Source: Candidatus Parcubacteria bacterium
GTDB lineage: Bacteria; Patescibacteriota; Patescibacteriia; Patescibacteriales; UBA12075
Length of the DNA: 64,000 nt
Assembly: GCA_002869165.1 (NCBI GenBank)
Contig: PKTK01000001.1
Location: 157,006-221,005, forward strand
Reading direction: 5' to 3'
The position numbers were made by a program, and so were the translations under genes. Positions within the stretch are counted from its first letter, which is position 1; every line of letters starts with the position of its first letter. A model generated the notes under the pieces. It saw only the letters and a list, made by a program, of their open reading frames with translations. It had not been told where the DNA came from and ran no database searches. Shown here one piece after another: positions 14,015 through 21,501 of the stretch.

Positions 14015-16780
14015 ATGGATAAATATAACCCAAATAAAATTGAGTCGAAATGGCAGGAAAAATGGGCTCGCGATAAGGAATATGTAAGAAAAGAGAATGA
14101 AAGAGAAAAGTATTATATGCTTGATATGTTTCCCTATCCATCAGGGGATGGTCTTCATATGGGGCATACCGAATCATATACTGCATCAGACATTATTTAT
14201 AGATATAAGAGGTTAAATGGTTTTAATGTTTTACACCCACAGGGCTTTGACTCTTTTGGTTTACCGGCTGAGAATTATGCTATTAAAACTGGTGTGCATC
14301 CAAAAGTTACTACAGAGAAAAATGCTGCTAATTATATTGTACAGATGAAGATGCTTGGACTTGGGCATGACTTGGAAAATATGGTTTATACTTCAAGACC
14401 AGATTATTACAGATGGACACAATTTTTGTTCGCCAAGTTTTTTGAGGGAGGTTTGGTAGAGCGCAAGACCGATACAATTAATTGGTGTCCGAGTTGTAAT
14501 ACTGGCATTGCTAACGAGCAAGTAGAGGACTCTAAATGTGAGCGTTGTGGTACAGAGATTGAACAGAAAGAAATTCCTGGCTGGTTTTTTAAGATTACTG
14601 ATTTCGCAGATGAATTGATTGAAGGCTTAGATAAAATTGACTGGCCAGAGCATACAAAGAAGAATCAGCGGAATTGGATTGGGAAAAGTGAAGGAGCGAA
14701 GATAAAATTCTCTGTCATTCCTGGCAAGCGAAGCGAGGGAAAGGAATCTCGTGAAGAAGAGTCTCTTGAAGTTTTTACTACTCGACCGGATACGCTTTTT
14801 GGCGCAACTTATATGGTGATAGCACCTGAGCATCAACTGATTGCAAATACTAAACAACAAATAACAAATTACAAAGAAGTTGAGGAATATATTCAGAAAG
14901 CAAAAAATAAGACTGAGATGGAGAGGCAGGAGAATAAAGAAAAGACTGGGATAAAGATTGAGGGCCTTAAGGCAATTAATCCTGCAACAAATGAGGAGAT
15001 ACCTATTTTTGTGGCTGACTATGTTCTCGGGGGCTATGGTACAGGTGCGATTATGGCTGTACCAGCTCATGATGCTAGAGATTATGAGTTTGCAATTAAG
15101 TTTAATCTGCCTATTAAACAAGTGGTGGCACCTTTTTGGCAAGCAGAGAATGACTGGTATGACGCTGTACGAGAGGATTTGGAAACTGTTGAGCGAAGAC
15201 TGGTTTATGCTTTGGTTAAAAATCCAAAAGACAATAAAGTTTTACTTTTAAAATGGCCTGGATATAATACCCATACATTTATAGTTGGGGGAGTAGAAGA
15301 AGGGGAAGATCTTGTAGAGGCTGCTCGAAGAGAAGTCCTGGAAGAGACGGGTTATAAAAATTTAAAATTGATCAAGGAATATAATGATGAGGTGCATGTT
15401 AAATATTGCGCAGTTCATAAGAATCAAAATAGATATGCCATGGCCAAATGTATTCAATTTGAACTAGAAGATGAAGAAAGAACAAAAGTGAGTGATGATG
15501 AAAAAGCTAAACATGAAGCTCTTTGGGTGACTGAAGAAGAGGCTGAAAAACTGCTTGAATACAAAAATTTTACATATTTTTGGCAGATGTACAAAAAAGG
15601 AGAAGAAGTCTTTGTGGGTAATGGAAATATTATTAATTCAGGAGATTTTAATGGTTTAGATGTAACTGAAGCTAAAGAAAAAATAACCAAATTTGTAGGT
15701 GGTGAAATGACAGCGACTTATCGTTTGCGTGATTGGTCTATGTCTCGGCAGAGGTATTGGGGTGCTCCCATTCCTATAGTTTATTCACCAGAAGGCGAAG
15801 CTAAGTATGTTGGGGATGAGAATTTGCCCTGGCTGTTGCCTGAAGATGTTGATTTTGTGCCAACTGGTGAGTCGCCACTTAAACTTTCAAAAGAGTTACT
15901 CGAGCGAACTGAAAAAATCTTTGGTAAAGGATGGACTCCAGAAGTTGATACTATGGATACCTTTGTTTGTTCTTCTTGGTATTTTTTGCGCTATCCCGAT
16001 ACAAAGAATGAACAAGAGTATTGTTCAGAAGAGAAATTGAAGGATTGGTTGCCGGTTGATTTTTATATTGGTGGTCCTGAGCATACCTATATGCACCTTC
16101 TATATGCAAGGTTTTGGGTCAAGGCTATGCACAGGCTTGGCATGATAGATTTTGACGAGCCTTTTATGAAGCTTCGCCATCAGGGTATGGTCCTTGATAA
16201 GCAAGGTGTTAAAATGAGTAAGTCAAAGGGGAATGTAGTAAACCCAAATGATATGGTGAGCCAGTTCGGCGCTGATGCCACTCGTTTATATATGATGTTT
16301 GCAGGTCCCCTGGAAGATGATGTGATGTGGAATGAGGAAGGAGTGAAAGGTGTTTATCGTTTTTTAGAGAAAACTTGGAAAGTTTTTAATGAAATTGAAA
16401 TGATTGATTGTGGACCTGATTGTAGGGGGGTTGATGAAGCTATTCTAGGCCTTTACCATAAGACAATTAAAAAGGTTACAGATGATATTGAAAATATTAG
16501 TTTCAATACAGCAATTTCAGCGATGATGATATTTGTTAATGAATGTTTGAAACAGGAAAAATTACCAGCTCCTGCCATGAAAAACTTTTTAATTTTATTA
16601 TCTCCATACGCTCCTCATATTACCGAAGAATTGTGGGTAAAAATGGGAGGAAAGGGTAGCATATTTAATGCTAAGTGGCCAAAGTATGATGAGGCAATGT
16701 TGAAAGACGAGCTGATCAAAATTGTTGTACAGGTGAATGGGAAGCTTCGTGATACTTTGGAGGTGGATGCAGATATTTAA
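14015..16780 (+). CDS. leuS: leucine--tRNA ligase with embedded Nudix domain; the frame continues past the TAA at 16778 to 16897
   Basis: HMGH and KMSKS motifs, TTRPDTLFGATYMVIAPEH, YRLRDWSMSRQRYWG; the conserved C-terminal tail lies after the in-frame stop. Confidence 0.9.
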   Translation: MDKYNPNKIESKWQEKWARDKEYVRKENEREKYYMLDMFPYPSGDGLHMGHTESYTASDIIYRYKRLNGFNVLHPQGFDSFGLPAENYAIKTGVHPKVTTEKNAANYIVQMKMLGLGHDLENMVYTSRPDYYRWTQFLFAKFFEGGLVERKTDTINWCPSCNTGIANEQVEDSKCERCGTEIEQKEIPGWFFKITDFADELIEGLDKIDWPEHTKKNQRNWIGKSEGAKIKFSVIPGKRSEGKESREEESLEVFTTRPDTLFGATYMVIAPEHQLIANTKQQITNYKEVEEYIQKAKNKTEMERQENKEKTGIKIEGLKAINPATNEEIPIFVADYVLGGYGTGAIMAVPAHDARDYEFAIKFNLPIKQVVAPFWQAENDWYDAVREDLETVERRLVYALVKNPKDNKVLLLKWPGYNTHTFIVGGVEEGEDLVEAARREVLEETGYKNLKLIKEYNDEVHVKYCAVHKNQNRYAMAKCIQFELEDEERTKVSDDEKAKHEALWVTEEEAEKLLEYKNFTYFWQMYKKGEEVFVGNGNIINSGDFNGLDVTEAKEKITKFVGGEMTATYRLRDWSMSRQRYWGAPIPIVYSPEGEAKYVGDENLPWLLPEDVDFVPTGESPLKLSKELLERTEKIFGKGWTPEVDTMDTFVCSSWYFLRYPDTKNEQEYCSEEKLKDWLPVDFYIGGPEHTYMHLLYARFWVKAMHRLGMIDFDEPFMKLRHQGMVLDKQGVKMSKSKGNVVNPNDMVSQFGADATRLYMMFAGPLEDDVMWNEEGVKGVYRFLEKTWKVFNEIEMIDCGPDCRGVDEAILGLYHKTIKKVTDDIENISFNTAISAMMIFVNECLKQEKLPAPAMKNFLILLSPYAPHITEELWVKMGGKGSIFNAKWPKYDEAMLKDELIKIVVQVNGKLRDTLEVDADI
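14713..14755 (+). repeat. in-frame copy of the TGTCATTC...GGAATCTCGTGAA element inside leuS
   Basis: TGTCATTCCTGGCAAGCGAAGCGAGGGAAAGGAATCTCGTGAA; both ends match the intergenic copy at 4154-4215; encodes VIPGKRSEGKESRE. Confidence 0.75.
15128..15612 (+). other. Nudix hydrolase domain inserted in LeuRS
   Basis: Perfect Nudix box G-GVEEG-E-DLVEAAR-REVLEETGY at 15287-15355. Confidence 0.75.
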
Positions 16781-16930
16781 GAAGAAGAGATTAAAAAGCT
16801 TGCTTTAGAGTCTGAGAAGGTTGAGAAATGGACTGCTGGCAAGGAGATTAAGAAAGTTATATATGTGAAGGGGAAGTTGGTAAGCGTGGTTGTGTAGTTT
16901 TATAAAATGTATAGACTACAAAAATACTTG

Positions 16931-17028
16931 GGCTACGAAAATACGAATCTATACGAATTTACGAATAATTTTGATATGTTCGTGATGAACAGATTCGTAA
17001 ATTCGTACTTATTCGTATTTTTGTAGCC
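16931..17028. repeat. hairpin repeat, GGCTACGAAAATACGAATC family, copy 2
   Basis: 36-nt arms GGCTACGAAAATACGAATCTATACGAATTTACGAAT and the reverse complement of 16993-17028, about 32/36 matches. Confidence 0.85.
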
Positions 17029-17037
17029 TAAAGATGT

Positions 17038-18060
17038 ATGAAAAATATAGTTACAATTGGTGGAGGGACAGGTAGTTTTACTTTGCTTAATGGGCTCAAG
17101 AACTACAATGTTGATATTTCAGCGATTGTAACCATGGCCGATGATGGTGGTTCTACTGGTATTTTGCGAGATGAATTGGGCGTTTTACCTCCCGGAGATG
17201 TCAGACAATGCCTGGTAGCTTTGTCTGAGTCTAGCGATACTTTGAGGAGGCTTATGAATTATCGTTTTGAGAAAGGTGGTTTAAAAGGGCATAATTTTGG
17301 TAATTTACTGCTTTCTACGCTTGAGATGACTGAAGGTAGTTTTTTTGATGGTTTGCAGGTTGCTTCGAAAATATTAAACATCAAAGGCAAAGTAGTTCCT
17401 GTGAGTGAATCAAAGATGCATTTAGCAATCGAACTCAAAAATAACCAAGTAATGAATGGTGAATCTAACCTAGATGATTCAGAGGAAATTCGCAAAATTG
17501 GAGTGAAAAAGGTTTATTTAAGCCCAAGAGTTAAAACTAGTAAGTTGGCAATTGAAACAATTCATTCAGCTGACTTGATAGTAATAGGACCAGGAGATCA
17601 CTACGGTTCGATTGTGCCTAACTTAATAACTGATGGAATAAGTTCAGCTATAGAAAAATCAAAAGCTAAGCTTGTCTATGTTTGTAATCTGACAAACAAA
17701 AAAGGACAAACTGACGATTTTGATAAGGATGATTATGTTCGGTCTATTAATTCATACTTTGGAAGAGATGTTGTAGATTATTGTTTGGTTCCTACAGGTA
17801 CAGCTCCAAAGGAATTGGTGGAGAGGTATGAAAGGAAAGAAGGCGAGGGTTCGGTAATTGATTTTAAAGATATAAAAAAGAAGAACAGGTCATACAAAAT
17901 AATAAAAGCCAAAATATTAAAATCAAATAAGGAAAAAAATCGCAGACTTTTTTCAGTCGGGCATTCATCGTTTATTAGACATGATAGTGTTTTGCTAGCT
18001 AAGGCAGTTATTGAGATATTGGAAAGCTTGGAAGGGCAGGTAATAAAGGAGGTAATTTAA
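17038..18060 (+). CDS. YvcK/CofD-family (UPF0052) gluconeogenesis-factor-like protein
   Basis: IVTIGGGTGSFTLLNGLK...TMADDGGSTGILRDELGVLPPGDVRQCLVALS. Confidence 0.8.
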   Translation: MKNIVTIGGGTGSFTLLNGLKNYNVDISAIVTMADDGGSTGILRDELGVLPPGDVRQCLVALSESSDTLRRLMNYRFEKGGLKGHNFGNLLLSTLEMTEGSFFDGLQVASKILNIKGKVVPVSESKMHLAIELKNNQVMNGESNLDDSEEIRKIGVKKVYLSPRVKTSKLAIETIHSADLIVIGPGDHYGSIVPNLITDGISSAIEKSKAKLVYVCNLTNKKGQTDDFDKDDYVRSINSYFGRDVVDYCLVPTGTAPKELVERYERKEGEGSVIDFKDIKKKNRSYKIIKAKILKSNKEKNRRLFSVGHSSFIRHDSVLLAKAVIEILESLEGQVIKEVI

Positions 18061-18080
18061 ATTTATATATAACACAACAA

Positions 18081-18108
18081 AAAAGAGCCCCTGGTTCTTT
18101 TTTTGTTT
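18081..18108 (+). terminator. rho-independent terminator
   Basis: AAGAGCC-CCT-GGTTCTT stem-loop followed by a T-run. Confidence 0.5.
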
Positions 18109-18116
18109 TTTTCTTA

Positions 18117-18256
18117 TGTTATTCCCGGCTGGAGCTACTTAATCCTTAGGCATAAACTCCGAGTAGGGGAAGGGGATCTTGTCAGTTCTAATCTTTGCGA
18201 GATTCCCTTCCCTGTCTGCCGGCAGGCAGGCCTCCCTTCGGTCGCCGGGAATGACA
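18117..18256. repeat. composite hairpin built from two inverted TGTCATTCCCGGC... elements plus a 20-bp palindrome
   Basis: TGTTATTCCCGGCTGGAG (18117-) and GCCGGGAATGACA (-18256) are inverted; GGGGAAGGGGATCT / AGATTCCCTTCCC inner arms; CCTGTCTGCCGGCAGGCAGG at 18211-18230. Confidence 0.8.
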
Positions 18257-18260
18257 GAAG

Positions 18261-18307
18261 GTGTTATGTGATACATGTTGTATGATATGTGAAAAACGTG
18301 TTATAAT
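18261..18307 (+). promoter_or_regulatory. promoter module GTGTTATGTG-N11-ATGATATGTG-N6-GTGTTATAAT
   Basis: -10 TATAAT at 18302-18307, 33 nt upstream of ATG 18340, with AGAGGA SD between; same architecture at 21404-21451 on the minus strand. Confidence 0.5.
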
Positions 18308-18339
18308 AAATTTATTATTAACAATAAGACAAAGAGGAA

Positions 18340-19566
18340 ATGAAAATAAAATATTTCAAAGGTAGAGTCTCGAGAGGCTTTTTTTCTATATTTGCAACCA
18401 GAATTGTTTTGCGTATTTCAATGGGTTTACTTTGCATGTTTTTGCCAATTTTTTTATACAATTTTTTTAATGAAAATATATTTTTAGTTTTTGCTTATTA
18501 TTTTGTTGGTTATTTTTTGTACGCGTCTTCAATTGCAATCGCTTGTCAGTTTTTAAATAAAATTGGACTCAGATTATCACTTAGAATTTCAGTGGTTATT
18601 GGGGCGGTTTATTATTTGTTTTTGTATTTTTTTGATATTTTTTCTCGTATCGAAGTTTTTTCTCTACAAAACAAGACGCTGTTATGGTTGATCGTTTTGA
18701 TAATTGTTACTCAGGTCATACAGAGATCCTTGTATTGGGTACCACTCAATACTGATATGGCCAAGTTCACAAACAAAACAAATAGAGCCAGGCAGGTTAG
18801 TTTATTGGAAGCTGCTACTCTGGTTTTGGGAGCAGTTACACCTCTTATTTCTGGTATAATTTTGACTTATTATCAGTATGATGCTTTATTCTCTATTGCT
18901 TTGGTAATTTATTTAATAGCCCTGATCCCACTTATGTTTTTGCCAAGAACCAGAGAGAAATATACTTGGACTTACAAGAAAACATGGAAGGAATTCTTTT
19001 CAAAAGAGCGACGCGGAGCCATGCTTGCGTATGCTGGTGATGGAGCTGAGGCTGTAGTTGGTGCAGTGATTTGGCCGATCTTTATTTTTGAACTACTTGA
19101 TGGTAATTATTTTGAAGTAGGTGCTTTGTCATCTTTGATTGTTATTTTTACTATAATTCTTCAGTTAATGATTGGTGGATATGCTGATAAGGGCAGTAAG
19201 AAGAAAATGCTTCACTGGGGGAGCGCTTTGTATGCCTTAGGATGGATTATCAAGATATTCATAGTCACGGCTTTTCATATTTTTATAGTTTCTGCTTATC
19301 ATAATTTAATGAAGATAATTGCTCGTACTCCATTCAATGCTCTTAGTTATGAAAAAGCAGCTGATGAAGGTCATTATGTAGATGAGTACACAGCTTTGCA
19401 TGAAATGGCAGTTAACTATGGAAAAACAGCTATGATTGTCCTATCTTCTATTTTGGTTTGCTTTTTTTCACTTGAATGGACCTTTATTTTGGCAGCCCTT
19501 GCTTCGTTGGTAATGAATTTCATTACTCAAACTCAGGTAAAAAAAACAGGCAGAAAAAGTATATAG
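18340..19566 (+). CDS. polytopic membrane protein, MFS-transporter-like
   Basis: About 12 hydrophobic segments over 408 aa; no diagnostic motif read. Confidence 0.5.
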   Translation: MKIKYFKGRVSRGFFSIFATRIVLRISMGLLCMFLPIFLYNFFNENIFLVFAYYFVGYFLYASSIAIACQFLNKIGLRLSLRISVVIGAVYYLFLYFFDIFSRIEVFSLQNKTLLWLIVLIIVTQVIQRSLYWVPLNTDMAKFTNKTNRARQVSLLEAATLVLGAVTPLISGIILTYYQYDALFSIALVIYLIALIPLMFLPRTREKYTWTYKKTWKEFFSKERRGAMLAYAGDGAEAVVGAVIWPIFIFELLDGNYFEVGALSSLIVIFTIILQLMIGGYADKGSKKKMLHWGSALYALGWIIKIFIVTAFHIFIVSAYHNLMKIIARTPFNALSYEKAADEGHYVDEYTALHEMAVNYGKTAMIVLSSILVCFFSLEWTFILAALASLVMNFITQTQVKKTGRKSI

Positions 19567-19617
19567 AACTAAAAAACAAGACACAAGAACACAAGATACA
19601 AACAAATTAGAAATTAA

Positions 19618-19658
19618 AATAACCAAACATTAAAAATATGTTTGGTTATTTGTTTTTT
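19618..19658. terminator. bidirectional rho-independent terminator between convergent genes
   Basis: 13-bp stem AATAACCAAACAT / ATGTTTGGTTATT, loop TAAAAAT, T-run; nested in a looser inverted repeat 19566-19706. Confidence 0.8.
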
Positions 19659-19717
19659 GGATATTTTAATATGCTTGTATTTTGTGTGTTCTTGTAATTC
19701 GAGTTCTTTTTTACAGA

Positions 19718-20821
19718 TTAGAATATTTCCAAACTGTTAATTATTTCATCAAATATATCTTTGTGTGTAGTGTGACTACCAGCACTTGATAGATTAAAGA
19801 TTATCATTTGCTTATCACTTAGTTTTAGATAAACATTATAGTCTTTCATGTCTATTTCTTTGTAGTAGAATACCTCTTCTAAAGCATCAAAATTATTGAT
19901 TTGTTTGATTGTGCTTTTTTCTTTGGTAGCACCATCTTTATTCGTGCCAATAAACTTCTTTAGTTCAATAATTTCTTTACTGTTAATAAACGACACAACC
20001 ATCATTGCCTTTCTTTCTTTAAAAATATCATCTTCGTAATTTCTGATAGTTATTGCTTTATTTTCGCCATAAACTTCTTCGATTTTCCAGGTGTTAGGAT
20101 AGGTAATGCTAAAATCATTTTCAGAATCAGTGTATTTATTTTTTGAAGAGCTAACAGCTTGAGTGTTTAAGCTAGCTGTATTGGCTTGTTCTCCGTATTT
20201 TTCAATCTTTTCAAGATCAGTATTGGTTATTCCAAGACCTGTTTGTCTCATAATGTTAAAAGCATCACTTGGTCTACCTAGGAAATACCTTTCATTGTTA
20301 TAAGGATTAACATACCAGGCTTCTCCGTTCTGTTCAGCTTGAATGAGGATGCGACCAGCTTGTTTTTTGGTGAAGTCATTATCATAATTCAAAGCACTGT
20401 TATTACCCGGATTGTAGCCAGCTTGAAGTTCGGCTAGATCATTGTAGCCGTCTCCATCAGTGTCTTGTTTGGTTTTGTCAGTATTGATAGCGTCTTCAAG
20501 CAAATCAGGTAGACCATCGCTATCTGTGTCTATGCCGTTTAGACTCTGGGTGTTGATCTTGATCTTTTTAATATCTTCATTGGTTATGCCTATTCCTAGA
20601 TATTTCATAAGACTGAAGGCATCAGCAGGACGACCCATGTAGTGTCTTTTTTTAGTGGTTGGACTTACATACCAAGCCTCACCATTTTCTTCAACTTGCA
20701 GGAGGATTTTACCTTCAAGTCTACTAGTTATAGTGTCATCGGCCTTGATAAAAGAAGTGTAATATAAAAAAGAAAAAACTAATAAAAGCAGTATTATAAA
20801 TAGATTTTTTGTGTGTTTCAT
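19718..20821 (-). CDS. secreted protein with duplicated G(K/R)ILLQ.E.NGEAWYV domain and TSP3-like Ca-binding repeats
   Basis: Signal peptide; two about 50-aa repeats (GKILLQVEENGEAWYVSP..., GRILIQAEQNGEAWYVNP...); DTDSDGLPDLLED, DTDGDGYNDLAE. Confidence 0.7.
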   Translation of the reverse strand: MKHTKNLFIILLLLVFSFLYYTSFIKADDTITSRLEGKILLQVEENGEAWYVSPTTKKRHYMGRPADAFSLMKYLGIGITNEDIKKIKINTQSLNGIDTDSDGLPDLLEDAINTDKTKQDTDGDGYNDLAELQAGYNPGNNSALNYDNDFTKKQAGRILIQAEQNGEAWYVNPYNNERYFLGRPSDAFNIMRQTGLGITNTDLEKIEKYGEQANTASLNTQAVSSSKNKYTDSENDFSITYPNTWKIEEVYGENKAITIRNYEDDIFKERKAMMVVSFINSKEIIELKKFIGTNKDGATKEKSTIKQINNFDALEEVFYYKEIDMKDYNVYLKLSDKQMIIFNLSSAGSHTTHKDIFDEIINSLEIF

Positions 20822-20857
20822 ATAATTATTTTAAATTTGTATTTACCATCCACCTGA

Positions 20858-21397
20858 TTATCCACCCCCACCATATTGTCCACCTTCGCCTTCAATGGAG
20901 CTGCCTGTAGTACCACTTCCACTATCATCATCTTGTATTAATGACCCAATACCTGATCCAATCATGGAACCGATAGAAGAGCCACTCCCACCTCCACCTC
21001 CACTATTTTGTATTGACCAAATATTATAAACTGGACTATAGACAAACAAATGGTTACTAGGCGCATAGCCAAAGACAACTGAGCCGACCATGAATCCACC
21101 TCCTCCAGGAGGTTGAAATGCAGGTGTTTTACATGCATAAAAGGTAGAGTTAGCGTTTGTGCCAAATATTGGCGCTATTATGTCTTGGTCCCAAGCGCCA
21201 CAACCACAAAGAGAACAAGCTGAACAGGTATAATAATTAGTGCAAGTTGCTATTGGTATTTGTGCAGCCACTATGCCGACAAAGATTTGCATACCAGAAG
21301 CTTTTACATTTACTTGATAGGCTGAAAACAAAGATACTGATACTAGGGTAAAAATCCAAATTGACCAGTGAATTTTTTTTTCTAAAAGTTTTTTCAT
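20858..21397 (-). CDS. secreted Cys- and Gly-rich protein
   Basis: Start chosen at MKKLLEKK (21397) because a GTGTTATAAT -10 box ends 7 nt upstream; the ORF track gives a longer 21424 start. CTNYYTCSACSLCGCG cluster, poly-Gly tail. Confidence 0.6.
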   Translation of the reverse strand: MKKLLEKKIHWSIWIFTLVSVSLFSAYQVNVKASGMQIFVGIVAAQIPIATCTNYYTCSACSLCGCGAWDQDIIAPIFGTNANSTFYACKTPAFQPPGGGGFMVGSVVFGYAPSNHLFVYSPVYNIWSIQNSGGGGGSGSSIGSMIGSGIGSLIQDDDSGSGTTGSSIEGEGGQYGGGG

Positions 21398-21403
21398 GGT
21401 TTT

Positions 21404-21451
21404 ATTATAACACAAAAACCACATAACACATAGCCCATATCACATAACACA
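21404..21451 (-). promoter_or_regulatory. promoter module GTGTTATGTG-N11-GTGTTATGTG-N6-GTGTTATAAT, predicted leaderless transcript
   Basis: Reverse complement reads TGTGTTATGTGATATGGGCTATGTGTTATGTGGTTTTTGTGTTATAAT; the -10 ends at 21404, so the expected TSS is about 21397, the A of the ATG. Confidence 0.5.
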
Positions 21452-21501
21452 AAAATAGACTTGTAGCCTGTTATAAGAAAATAGTTATTAAGTGATATGT
21501 A

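Noticed and set aside
16778-16780. Genome-wide reassignment of TAA (or TGA) as a sense codon
   Set aside because: Most well-supported genes (porB, porA, rsmA, radA, parA, parB and others) end at TAA at family-typical lengths. TGA ends xth (13570) and the 27885 gene, and TAG ends the 45205 gene. The only tRNA seen has anticodon CAA. Standard code 11 fits.
20858-21424. The longer start (ATG 21424) for the Gly/Cys-rich protein
   Set aside because: The extra nine codons overlap the GTGTTATAAT -10 box. The ATG at 21397 gives a standard MKK-hydrophobic signal sequence. This stays uncertain without TSS data.
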